Shown here one piece after another: positions 1 to 8,755 of a stretch of DNA of 59,521 nt. This DNA is from Alphaproteobacteria bacterium. Its GTDB lineage: Bacteria > Pseudomonadota > Alphaproteobacteria > Micropepsales > Micropepsaceae. The position numbers were made by a program, and so were the translations under genes. The stretch is from positions 1 to 59,521 of the forward strand of contig JAFAVP010000174.1 in the NCBI GenBank assembly GCA_019242395.1, given 5' to 3'. The notes below the pieces were generated by a model, which saw only the letters and a list, made by a program, of their open reading frames with translations, was not told the DNA's origin and did no database searches. Every line of letters starts with the position of its first letter. Within the stretch, counting starts at the first letter, position 1.

Positions 1-1
1 T

Positions 2-565
2 CGTCTGCCCTTCGGGAAAGGCAACAAACTCATAGGGGGTTGTCTGATCGCCGGGGCGAACATCGAAGTTCCCGCTTATCGGAATGCGAGTCTCCTCTTC
101 CCCGGTTTCCTTGTCAGACACATAGACGAATAGCTGGCAGTTCTTGATTGCGAGCACGGGTTGGGCCTCGACGCGGACCTTATGGACGCGGCTGCCGTCA
201 AAGTCTCGGAGGCCAAGACTTTCTCGATAAGCCACAATTGGGCGGTCACTCGCGCGCACAACTTCAGCAGTGACCGTAGCGGTGGCGAACCCGGACTCGT
301 GGTGTTCAATGTGATTGTGGTGAACAACTTTGTTTGGCGCGAGCCAGCGCGCGATCAGAAAAGCCAGCCCTCCAAATATTAGCGCCGAAACGGCAGCCAC
401 GATGATCGTATCCACCGTGCTGAGTGGCGTGGTTAGGCGAAGTAGAAGTGGACCTAGCACTGCGCCACCGACGGCGGTGGACGACACCCAGAACGCCAAG
501 TCTTTGGCAAGCCACACGTGGCCGATAGCCGCCCACGTCTTCCCGAAAGCCACCCTAAGCCGCAT
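2..565 (-). CDS. Hypothetical membrane protein (3' end runs off window; not in ORF track)
   Basis: Manual translation: AGGAGG RBS, then ATG at 565. Open frame to the window edge (MRLRVAFGKTWAAIGHVWLAKDLAFWVSSTAVGGAVLGPLLL...IIVAAVSALIFGGLAFLIARW...) with two hydrophobic segments. Confidence 0.7.
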   Translation of the reverse strand, partial: MRLRVAFGKTWAAIGHVWLAKDLAFWVSSTAVGGAVLGPLLLRLTTPLSTVDTIIVAAVSALIFGGLAFLIARWLAPNKVVHHNHIEHHESGFATATVTAEVVRASDRPIVAYRESLGLRDFDGSRVHKVRVEAQPVLAIKNCQLFVYVSDKETGEEETRIPISGNFDVRPGDQTTPYEFVAFPEGQT

Positions 566-739
566 AAAGCGCCTCCTGTCCGGACTCGTGCCCGATAACA
601 GGATTGTAGCCCCAAATCGTCATAGTCAAGTACCGGATAATCGCCAAACGGAGCGTCGCGTTGTCAAGGGTAAAACGCCGTATTTTGAAAATATGCGGCA
701 CCAGCGACGTGGCGATAGGAGTATACAGCTCTTGCAGGC

Positions 740-964
740 TTACGGCGCACCGGCCCACGGCAGCTGGGCCGCCGCCGCGTCCCGCGCGGCCTGCAGGGAG
801 GAATGCTCTTCAGACGTGCGTGTGGCGGTCCAGAAGGTCTCGCCCTTTTCCGTGATCTCGCTCAGCTCGACGAAATAAAAGCGATCCGGTCCGCGGCTGA
901 AGACGCGCAACAGATGCTTGCCATCGGCGCTCTGCCGCCGCTCCACCTCCCGCCCGACTTTCAT
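740..964 (-). CDS. Small hypothetical protein
   Basis: 74-aa ORF with protein-like composition, co-oriented downstream of the DUF2442-like gene. Confidence 0.5.
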   Translation of the reverse strand: MKVGREVERRQSADGKHLLRVFSRGPDRFYFVELSEITEKGETFWTATRTSEEHSSLQAARDAAAAQLPWAGAP

Positions 965-992
965 TGGCGGGATAGTGCGGGATCGCGGGGAT

Positions 993-1491
993 TCACGCGA
1001 GAGCCTTTTCGCTGCGGGGTCTGCCGCGCGGGCGGGCGAGAGGACGGTAGTAAGCGGCGAGCCCCGCCGGGTCGCTGCGCAAGGAACGCAGCATGCTGCA
1101 GAAGGCAGCGGGGCAGGCAGTCGCTGCGGCGATAGCTCGCGGTGCGTGGGGCAACGTCAAAAATTTGCGCGGGTTCGCGCGTGGTAAGCCCGGCTCTGCG
1201 CTCGAACTCGACAAGGTCTGCGCCGCTGAGCGTGCACTGCTCTTCGGCCAGCAGCCGCAGGGATCGCGCGGAATAATCGAGGCCGCCGTCCCAGCCGATG
1301 CCCAAACCGTCCGCAATCACCCGCGCCTTGCGAAACGCCGCAGGGTCGCGCAGCGGCTTAAAGGCGGAAAGCCGGTGCACCACACCTGTCATGTCCACGG
1401 TGGCCTTCGTTCCGTTCTGCCATGCTACGCGCATGGTGTATGGCTTCCCGCGTACGGCAGAGACCGACCTTATTCTTCTCAATTCCTCCAC
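993..1491 (-). pseudogene. DUF2442/HTH antitoxin-like gene, probably frameshifted
   Basis: The N-terminus is DUF2442-like (VAWQNG...FKPLRDPAAFRKARVIADGLGIGWDGGLDYS). The plausible C-terminus (AAFCSMLRSLRSDPAGLAAYYRPLARPRGRPR) lies in another frame; removing one base from the G4 run at 1110-1113 joins them. Confidence 0.6.
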
Positions 1492-1501
1492 GTGAAACTC
1501 C

Positions 1502-1610
1502 TTACTTCGTGTATTGCTGCCACACGCCGATCAACTCAGCCCGGTGCTCGCCAATCCAGGCTAGAATGCCTGGCACGTTGCCGGCATCGAGAAGGTACTT
1601 TAGACGCCAC
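1502..1610 (-). pseudogene. C-terminal remnant of a DUF4160-like toxin
   Basis: The frame reads ...GNVPGILAWIGEHRAELIGVWQQYTK* just upstream of the DUF2442-like gene. An in-frame TGA lies upstream and there is no recognisable N-terminal half. Confidence 0.4.
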
Positions 1611-1682
1611 GCTCACGGAGTTCACCTTCAGGCGCTTGCAGGCGCGAATTCCATCGGCCACATAGGCCTTCGGGAGAGCGCC

Positions 1683-2672
1683 GTGGTCCAGTCGCTGGTT
1701 CTGCATATCGGAGCGAACAAGACCGGGAGTTCCGCGGTGCAGGAATTTCTGCGTCTCAACGCGAAAGCGCTTGCCCGTCAGGGACTTACGGTGGCTCCAT
1801 CGGACCTGCTGCCTGACAGCCCCATCACCGGGCAGCACCTTCCGTTCCTGGAGCACTTGCGACAGGACATCCCGCAAGGCCGGACTACCGTCAGCGAGCG
1901 CATCGACGCGCTCATGGAAGCGCTTCCCCAGCATGCTAGCCTGCTCATCAGTGCGGAAAATCTCTCCAACCTCAACGGCACGCACGAACTGTTTGCCGAC
2001 GCCACGGCGCGGCATCCCGCAACGGTCATCCTTTACATCCGGCGGCAAGATGAACTCCTTCTCTCTTCGTGGCAGCAATGGGGAGGCAAGACTTCGACCG
2101 ATTTCTGGGCCTGGATTTCCCAGGCAGCAGGCCACCGCGGCAATTGGCGGCTGACGTTGGAGCCTTGGGAGCAGCTCGTCGGGCGGGAAAGAATTCGCGT
2201 CAGAGTCTACGATCGGAAACGCCTTTACCGGCAGGATGTCATCGCTGATTTTATGAAGGTTCTCGGCGCCGAAGGTTCACTGGACGAAATGAGAATGCCT
2301 GAGCAGCGGGCCAATCCCAGTTATGCGGAGTCCGTGGCCGACCTCCTGAAGGGAAATCCCCTGCTCTTCGATAGCATGCATGACAACAAGCCGTATGAAT
2401 TGGTGGAGGAGCTGACGGGAAATCATTTTCATCGTGACCCGCGGGAATCCATCATCACACACGAGCAGCGCCTCGCGCTGCTCGCGAAGTACGCGGCTGC
2501 AAACGCATGGGTGAAAAATCGATATTTCTCCGGTTTGGGCGGGCCGCTGTTTACGCCGCCCGCTCGGACCGATTATCGATTTCTCGATCGCAAAGATCTG
2601 GAGCGGCAGAAATGGCAGGTGGTGGCTGCGCTCCTTGCCGGTCTATCCAAGAAAATCCTGAACCCGTCATGA
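1683..2672 (+). CDS. Sulfotransferase-like P-loop protein
   Basis: LHIGANKTGSSAVQ, LLISAENLS and ILYIRRQD motifs. GTG at 1683 follows GGGAGAG. Confidence 0.7.
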   Translation: MVQSLVLHIGANKTGSSAVQEFLRLNAKALARQGLTVAPSDLLPDSPITGQHLPFLEHLRQDIPQGRTTVSERIDALMEALPQHASLLISAENLSNLNGTHELFADATARHPATVILYIRRQDELLLSSWQQWGGKTSTDFWAWISQAAGHRGNWRLTLEPWEQLVGRERIRVRVYDRKRLYRQDVIADFMKVLGAEGSLDEMRMPEQRANPSYAESVADLLKGNPLLFDSMHDNKPYELVEELTGNHFHRDPRESIITHEQRLALLAKYAAANAWVKNRYFSGLGGPLFTPPARTDYRFLDRKDLERQKWQVVAALLAGLSKKILNPS

Positions 2673-2703
2673 TGGGCGATGAGCACCTCTTAAGGGGTCA
2701 TGT

Positions 2704-3618
2704 GTGAGCCTCGACCGGCGGTATGGCACCATCGAGGACGCGATACTCACGCCGAGTGAATTCATGGAGCGAGAGACCCTTGGGGCCGTGTACCGGGCCG
2801 ATGGAACGCTCGTTTCCGATGCATTGCGCGAGCGGCTCATGTGGCGGGCGGTTGATCCAGCCACCATTCCTGCCTCCACCATGCCTACCCGCACCTTCGA
2901 CGAGGCAATCTACTGCGGGCGGCTGCTTTACCATTTCGGTCATTTTTTGATCGAAACCTCGCCGTCGCTCCTATGGGCGATGGGCAGCGACTTGCCGGTG
3001 CTCATGCATGGCTGGAAAGGCGCGCGCGGTGATTTCCCACCCTTCGCACGGTTTGTCCTCTCGGCACTCGGCATCGATGAAGCGCGGATTGTCCGCATCG
3101 ACCGGCCAATGGGTGTCCACACGCTCTACCTTCCGCCACAGAGGCGGACATTCGACACCGATGCTTTCTCCTCACCGATGACAGCTTGCGCCTTTCGCCT
3201 TGTCTCGGCGGCAGCCGGACCGGCAAGCCGGCGCGGCCGCCACATCTTCTTCTCGCGCAGATTCCAGGCCAGCCGCGAGCATGCGGAGAACGATGCGCTT
3301 GAAGCCTTGTTCCAGCAGAGCGGCTTTGAGATCATTGCGCCGGAGCGGCTCGAGTTCTCGGAACAGATCAAGATTGCGAAGGAAAGTGCTTTCATCGCAG
3401 GCCTGGACGGATCGGCCTTACACCTCTGCGGATTCATGCAAGGTGGTATTTGCCTGATCCTGCAGAACAGAGACGGTCAGCTGAAGATTTTTCAAACCGT
3501 GAACGCGACGGCAAACGTTAAGACGTTCCGCTTTGACGTCCGTAAAGGCTTCGATCCGGAAGCTCTGCGCGGCCAGATCGCAGAATGCGAAGCGGAACTG
3601 GCGCGGCTGTGCCCATGA
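2704..3618 (+). CDS. Glycosyltransferase family 61 (DUF563) protein
   Basis: HFGHFLIET, FFSRR, PERLEFSEQI and GLDGSALH motifs. Confidence 0.8.
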   Translation: MSLDRRYGTIEDAILTPSEFMERETLGAVYRADGTLVSDALRERLMWRAVDPATIPASTMPTRTFDEAIYCGRLLYHFGHFLIETSPSLLWAMGSDLPVLMHGWKGARGDFPPFARFVLSALGIDEARIVRIDRPMGVHTLYLPPQRRTFDTDAFSSPMTACAFRLVSAAAGPASRRGRHIFFSRRFQASREHAENDALEALFQQSGFEIIAPERLEFSEQIKIAKESAFIAGLDGSALHLCGFMQGGICLILQNRDGQLKIFQTVNATANVKTFRFDVRKGFDPEALRGQIAECEAELARLCP

Positions 3619-4433
3619 CGAAAATCATCGTGGTCATCGGTATGCACCGGTCCGGCACATCCGCGCTCACTGGAACACTCGTGAATGCCGGAGCCTGGTT
3701 CGGCGACCCCGCGCTTGCCGCAGGTGGCAGGCCCGCGCGTCCGCTTGGCCTTGTGGAGCGAAAAGACTTCCTGCGGCTGACCGAACCAGCGCTTCAGGCA
3801 GTGGGGTGCAGCTGGCACGATGTCCATGGTTTCCAGCCCGCGTGGGAGACAGGCTACGCCGAACGCGTGCGTGAGCAGTTTCGTGCCGGCGTGCTTGCGG
3901 ATTTGCGATGCCATCCTATCTCCGTGCTCAAGGACCCCCGCCTTTGTTTGTTGCTGCCGCTGTTCCGGCCCGTCATGAAGATTGCGGCCGCATTGTTCAT
4001 CGTTCGCAATCCGCACGAGGTGGCGATGAGCCTCCACGCGCGCAATCAATTCCCAATCGGGTTAGGCGCGGCCTTGTGGGAGGCCTATAACCGGCACGCG
4101 CTCGCCGCGCTGCAGGATGTGCCCTCGATCATGGTGCAGCACCGCCGGCTGATAAGCCGCCCCGCCCAATGCATTCCTCAGATCGTGCGCCAGCTTGCTT
4201 CGTTGGGCATTGAAGGATTGGATGCCGATACCGCCGTTGCTGCAAACAGCATCAAATCCAACCTGTACCACCACCATGCTGAGCAGGCACTAAACAAGCT
4301 TTCCGCCGGACAGCGTGAGTTTTGGAAAGCCCTCAGGCAGGCGAAAGTACCCTCTGACGTCGCCGCTGGAGATCTTTCGTCTGAAACTCGCGAGACACTG
4401 CAGGCGCACCATCAGGAACGGGCGGCAGTGTGA
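3615..4433 (+). CDS. Sulfotransferase family protein
   Basis: VIGMHRSGTS PAPS-binding loop, KDPRL and VRNPHEVAMSL. ATGA overlap with the upstream gene. Confidence 0.8.
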   Translation: MTKIIVVIGMHRSGTSALTGTLVNAGAWFGDPALAAGGRPARPLGLVERKDFLRLTEPALQAVGCSWHDVHGFQPAWETGYAERVREQFRAGVLADLRCHPISVLKDPRLCLLLPLFRPVMKIAAALFIVRNPHEVAMSLHARNQFPIGLGAALWEAYNRHALAALQDVPSIMVQHRRLISRPAQCIPQIVRQLASLGIEGLDADTAVAANSIKSNLYHHHAEQALNKLSAGQREFWKALRQAKVPSDVAAGDLSSETRETLQAHHQERAAV

Positions 4434-4435
4434 CC

Positions 4436-5212
4436 CTAACTATCCGCGCCTGATGCGAGTAACCCGGTAATCACGCCCAAGATCAGCCTTCCGAACGAAG
4501 CATTGGCGTGAGTGGCATCGCTTCCCCAGTAATCCTTTGCCAGCATTCCGTTCTCGTCCTGGCAACCGTCTGGGACCGGAATGAAGCCTATGCCGCTGGC
4601 TGCGTAGAATTCCTTCAACAGCAGCGATTGGAGACGCCAAAGCTTGTATCGGAACGTGCGGGGCGCAATCCCGCGCCGCGAGATCAAGTCTTGGAAGACG
4701 GGCTCCGCATAGGAGCGGATATGCTCCTCATCCGGTTGCGGCGGCGGAGGCTCCAATGCCCATATGGGGCCGCGCAACTGCGCCCGGATTAACCGCATCA
4801 GCGGAAAGCTGCGTTCGGCTAGCCTTTGCCGCATCCACGCCGCAACGATGCCGGAGGGCAGAATTTCCGCATCTCTCGCCAATGGAAGCTCCGGCTCTTG
4901 CGGAAGCACGAAATCGAACGGCTGGGGATGATTGGTCAGGCCAAGGACGCTGTGCTCATTGCCCGCGATCGCAGCGATCGTCACGTCCGGTGCTGCGTTG
5001 TCGATGGCCGCCGCAAGTTCCACGTTCAATACGCCATCCTGGATGCGCGGTTGGAATGCCGTTTGTTTGAGCATCAGGAACGTTAGGTTCGCCGGCTGAT
5101 TGTTGTTCAGCTGATGCGCACGAATGAGCGCCGCCAGATGGCTCTGGCCAATAGCAAGGATTCGGGGCGCGTTGCCAAGCCGCGCTGCTTCAAGATTGCC
5201 ACCTGTACTCAT
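4436..5212 (-). CDS. Hypothetical protein, SGNH/GDSL-like
   Basis: N-terminal IGQSH, GNEH and C-terminal DATH motifs. Last gene of the rfb run; start uncertain. Confidence 0.5.
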   Translation of the reverse strand: MSTGGNLEAARLGNAPRILAIGQSHLAALIRAHQLNNNQPANLTFLMLKQTAFQPRIQDGVLNVELAAAIDNAAPDVTIAAIAGNEHSVLGLTNHPQPFDFVLPQEPELPLARDAEILPSGIVAAWMRQRLAERSFPLMRLIRAQLRGPIWALEPPPPQPDEEHIRSYAEPVFQDLISRRGIAPRTFRYKLWRLQSLLLKEFYAASGIGFIPVPDGCQDENGMLAKDYWGSDATHANASFGRLILGVITGLLASGADS

Positions 5213-5323
5213 TCGGATACCCCAAGTTCTTCGAAGCGGCCGATACAGACGGCTCCCGCCCCGTGGCTCAAGACAAATATGAGGGGCGATCGCAACCACG
5301 CCAGCCGGAGCAAGCACGCCAGA

Positions 5324-6205
5324 CTATTCAGCTTCCTCCGCCACCTGCTGCAGGTACCAGCCATAGGAGGTCTTGGCGAGCGAACCGCCGAGTGCACTAA
5401 GCTGTGCGCGGTCTATCCAGCCGTTGCGGAAGGCGATCTCTTCCGGACAACACACGCGTGTCCCCTGCCGCCGCTCCAGAACCTGGACGAACACCCCCGC
5501 CTCTACCAGGGAGTCATGGGTGCCAGTGTCGAGCCAGGCAAAGCCGCGGCCCATCTTTTCCACCCGCAATTCGCCGCGCTCGAGATACGTCCGATTGAGG
5601 TCGGTGATTTCCAGTTCCCCACGCGCCGACGGTTTAAGTGACGCAGCGATATCGCAGACACGCTCATCGTAGAAGTAAAGGCCGGAAACCGCCCAATTTG
5701 ATCGGGGCGCTTGCGGTTTCTCTGCCAAATGCATGGCCCGGCCCTCAGCGTCGAATTCCACTACGCCATAGTGCTGAGGTTCGTCGACCTGGTAGGCAAA
5801 GACCGTCGCGCCGCTCTTGCGCGCCGCGGCTCCGCGCATCAAATCCGTGAGGCCGTGGCCGTAAAAAAGATTGTCCCCCAGCACCAGCGCCCCGGGGCCG
5901 CCTTGCAGGAAGTCCCTGCCAAGAATGAAAGCCTGCGCCAACCCTTCAGGGCGCTGCTGCACCACGTATTGAAAATGCATGCCCCAACGAGCGCCATCAC
6001 CTAACAGCTGCTCGAATTGCCCACGGCTTTCCGGTGCCGTGATGACGAGGATATCGGCTATGCCCGCCAGCATCAGCGTAGAGATCGGATAATAAATCAT
6101 CGGCTTGTTGTAAATCGGGAGGAGTTGCTTGCTCACGCCGATGGTGAGCGGATGCAGTCGCGTGCCCGCGCCGCCTGCCAAGACGATTCCCTTCGTTATC
6201 GCCAT
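5324..6205 (-). CDS. rfbA: Glucose-1-phosphate thymidylyltransferase
   Basis: [43 protein letters not shown]. Confidence 0.97.
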   Translation of the reverse strand: MAITKGIVLAGGAGTRLHPLTIGVSKQLLPIYNKPMIYYPISTLMLAGIADILVITAPESRGQFEQLLGDGARWGMHFQYVVQQRPEGLAQAFILGRDFLQGGPGALVLGDNLFYGHGLTDLMRGAAARKSGATVFAYQVDEPQHYGVVEFDAEGRAMHLAEKPQAPRSNWAVSGLYFYDERVCDIAASLKPSARGELEITDLNRTYLERGELRVEKMGRGFAWLDTGTHDSLVEAGVFVQVLERRQGTRVCCPEEIAFRNGWIDRAQLSALGGSLAKTSYGWYLQQVAEEAE

Positions 6206-6216
6206 TTACTTCACGC

Positions 6217-7113
6217 TCAGCTCGCCCTTGAGGCTGCCGAAGATGGAAGCAGCTCGTCAAGCACTTCTGACAGCGGCTCACGCCAAGATCGAAATCGATA
6301 GCTGAAAATTCGGCTAAACTTGTCCGTGGCAAGTTCCGAATTCGCCGGCCGGCGTGCGGGGGTGGGATATTCTGCCGTAGTGATGGCGCGCAACTCCGCC
6401 GTGCGCACTCCGCGCGCCTTCGCCCCATCGAAGATCTCCTGCGCGAAATCATGCCACGTGGTCGCCTCTTCATTGGCGACATGATACGTACCTGCGACGG
6501 TGCGGTTCGCCATCAGCGTAGAGCTCGCTAGGATTATGGCTTGGGCAAGGTCGCTTGCGGCAGTGGGCTTCCCGCGCTGGTCAGCAACGACAGCCAGTGA
6601 ATCCCGTTCTGCTCCCAACCGCAGCATGGTTTTGACAAAGTTCGCACCGAAACGGCTGAAGACCCAGGAAGTACGTAGAATAAGATGGCAGCCATTTGCC
6701 CTCCGCACCCCAGCCTCGCCTTCAGCTTTGCTTCGGCCGTAAGCGCTGACTGGCCGTACCTCGTCTTCTTCCGTGTACGGGACAGGTTTCGTTCCATCGA
6801 ACACATAATCGGTTGAAACGGTGACCAAAGGGGCGTGCAGGGCCGCGCATGCCCTCGCTATGGCCGCAGGAGCTTGGCCATTGATGCGCATCGCGATTTC
6901 CGGCTCGCTTTCGGCCTGGTCCACGGCCGTATAGGCGGCGGCGTTGATCACCAAACCGGGGTATTCTCCAGCCACCCGCGCGCCGGCTTGTTCCGGCTTC
7001 GCGAGATCGATTCGATCACGTCCGGCGAACTGAGGTTGCCAGCCTGCAGGCCAGCAAGCCCGCTCCAGTTCACGGGCGAGCTGCCCACGGCGTCCGAGCA
7101 CCAGGACGTTCAG
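6217..7113 (-). CDS. rfbD: dTDP-4-dehydrorhamnose reductase
   Basis: GRRGQL, NAAAYTAVD, STDYVFDG, YGRSK. Start is either CTG 7113 or GTG 7170. Confidence 0.95.
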   Translation of the reverse strand: MNVLVLGRRGQLARELERACWPAGWQPQFAGRDRIDLAKPEQAGARVAGEYPGLVINAAAYTAVDQAESEPEIAMRINGQAPAAIARACAALHAPLVTVSTDYVFDGTKPVPYTEEDEVRPVSAYGRSKAEGEAGVRRANGCHLILRTSWVFSRFGANFVKTMLRLGAERDSLAVVADQRGKPTAASDLAQAIILASSTLMANRTVAGTYHVANEEATTWHDFAQEIFDGAKARGVRTAELRAITTAEYPTPARRPANSELATDKFSRIFSYRFRSWREPLSEVLDELLPSSAASRAS

Positions 7114-8162
7114 GCAACCCCCCCGCCCAGCCGTTCCAGCCGGTAAGTCTTGTGCACGAGCGGTTCCCACCAGTCGCGGTGGTCGAGATACCAGCGCACG
7201 GTTTCGCGCAAGCCGTCTTCGAAGGAACGCTTCGGCGACCAGCCGAGTTCACGCCGTATTTTTCCACAGTCCATAGCATAGCGCCGGTCATGGCCGGGCC
7301 GATCGGGCACGAATTGGATGAGATCCTTCCGGGAAGTGCTACAGGGCGCAAGTTCATCCAAATGCGAGGCGAGCGTGTTCACGACGTCAAGGTTGCGGCG
7401 CTCGGCCATGCCACCGATCGCATAGGTGTCACCGACTTTCCCCAGCGTTAGCACCGTCCACAGAGCCTCCGCATGATCGTCGACAAACAGCCAATCGCGG
7501 ACGTTCTGGCCATCGCCATAAACCGGCATGGGCTGCCCAGAAAGGCCGCGCAGAATCATCAGGGGAACAAGCTTCTCCGGAAACTGGTACGGCCCGTAGT
7601 TGTTCGTGCAATTCGTGAGGACGACTGGCAACCCGAAGGTATGGTGCCAAGCGCGCACCAGATGGTCGGAAGCCGCCTTGGAGGCCGAATAGGGAGAGCG
7701 AGGGTCGTAGCGCGTGTTCTCGTGGAAATAGTCGCTGTCCCCCAGCGAGCCGAACACTTCGTCGGTCGAGATGTGATGAAAACGGAATCGTGCCCTGCGT
7801 ATGTCACTCAGGCTCCGCCAGTAGGCCAGGGCTTCGTCTAGCATAACTTGCGTTCCGACCACGTTGGTCTGCACGAAGGCGGCGGGTTTATCGATCGAGC
7901 GGTCGACATGCGATTCCGCCGCCAGATGCATGATTGCGTCGGGTTCAAACTCGCGCAGTGCCGTGCGCACGGAGAGCGGAGCGCAAATGTTTCGCTCATA
8001 CAGAACGAAATCGGCGCGTCCTCCGAAGGGGGCCAGCGTACGCGGGCTCGCGGCATAGGTCATGGCGTCTAGCACGCCAATGCTCGCCAGCCCTTTACCA
8101 AGACAGTGACGCACCACGGCAGACCCGATGAATCCGGCGCCGCCGGTAACCAGAAGCCTCAT
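7110..8162 (-). CDS. rfbB: dTDP-glucose 4,6-dehydratase
   Basis: TGGAGFIGS, HLAAESHVDRS, STDEVFG, YSASK. Confidence 0.97.
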   Translation of the reverse strand: MRLLVTGGAGFIGSAVVRHCLGKGLASIGVLDAMTYAASPRTLAPFGGRADFVLYERNICAPLSVRTALREFEPDAIMHLAAESHVDRSIDKPAAFVQTNVVGTQVMLDEALAYWRSLSDIRRARFRFHHISTDEVFGSLGDSDYFHENTRYDPRSPYSASKAASDHLVRAWHHTFGLPVVLTNCTNNYGPYQFPEKLVPLMILRGLSGQPMPVYGDGQNVRDWLFVDDHAEALWTVLTLGKVGDTYAIGGMAERRNLDVVNTLASHLDELAPCSTSRKDLIQFVPDRPGHDRRYAMDCGKIRRELGWSPKRSFEDGLRETVRWYLDHRDWWEPLVHKTYRLERLGGGVA

Positions 8163-8729
8163 TCAAGGTCCTTCATACGCGAATACCGGCGGCAGCTCCG
8201 ATAGAAGCGGCTGCACGCCATCTTTGGCGGACAGTTTGGCTTCCGCCTCCGTTACAGGCCACGCAATGCCCAGGGCCATATCGTTCCAGCGTAGCCCGAA
8301 ATCGCGCTGTGGATCGTATAAGCCGTCAACCTTGTATAGCACGCGGGTATCGGGCGCGAGCGTGCAGAATCCATGAGCGAATCCGCGCGGTGCCAACATC
8401 TGCAGCCCGTTATCCGCAGACAGTTCGGCGGCGACATGGCGTCCATAAGTCGGCGAACCCCAGCGCAAATCCACCACCACGTCCAGGATCGCGCCGGTCA
8501 GCACGGTAACGAGCTTGGTCTGCTCCGAAGGCGCCGTTTGGAAATGCAGGCCCCGGACCGTGCCCGTTTCCGCCGAAAGGGAAACATTGTCCTGCACGAA
8601 ATTGAACGCGAGGCCATGCTCCGCCAGAGCCCGCCGGCTGTAGAGCTCACTGAAATAACCGCGTGCATCTCCAAATCGTGCCGGCTTCAGCACCATTACG
8701 GGGCCAATCGCCTGAGGGAAGACTTCCAT
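8163..8729 (-). CDS. rfbC: dTDP-4-dehydrorhamnose 3,5-epimerase
   Basis: FGDARGYFSE, RGLHFQ, GFAHGF. Confidence 0.96.
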   Translation of the reverse strand: MEVFPQAIGPVMVLKPARFGDARGYFSELYSRRALAEHGLAFNFVQDNVSLSAETGTVRGLHFQTAPSEQTKLVTVLTGAILDVVVDLRWGSPTYGRHVAAELSADNGLQMLAPRGFAHGFCTLAPDTRVLYKVDGLYDPQRDFGLRWNDMALGIAWPVTEAEAKLSAKDGVQPLLSELPPVFAYEGP

Positions 8730-8755
8730 TTGCGCCCACGCCTGCGGCACTGCCG

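Noticed and set aside
330-878. 182-aa + strand ORF
   Set aside because: Overlaps better-supported minus-strand genes; no recognisable features.
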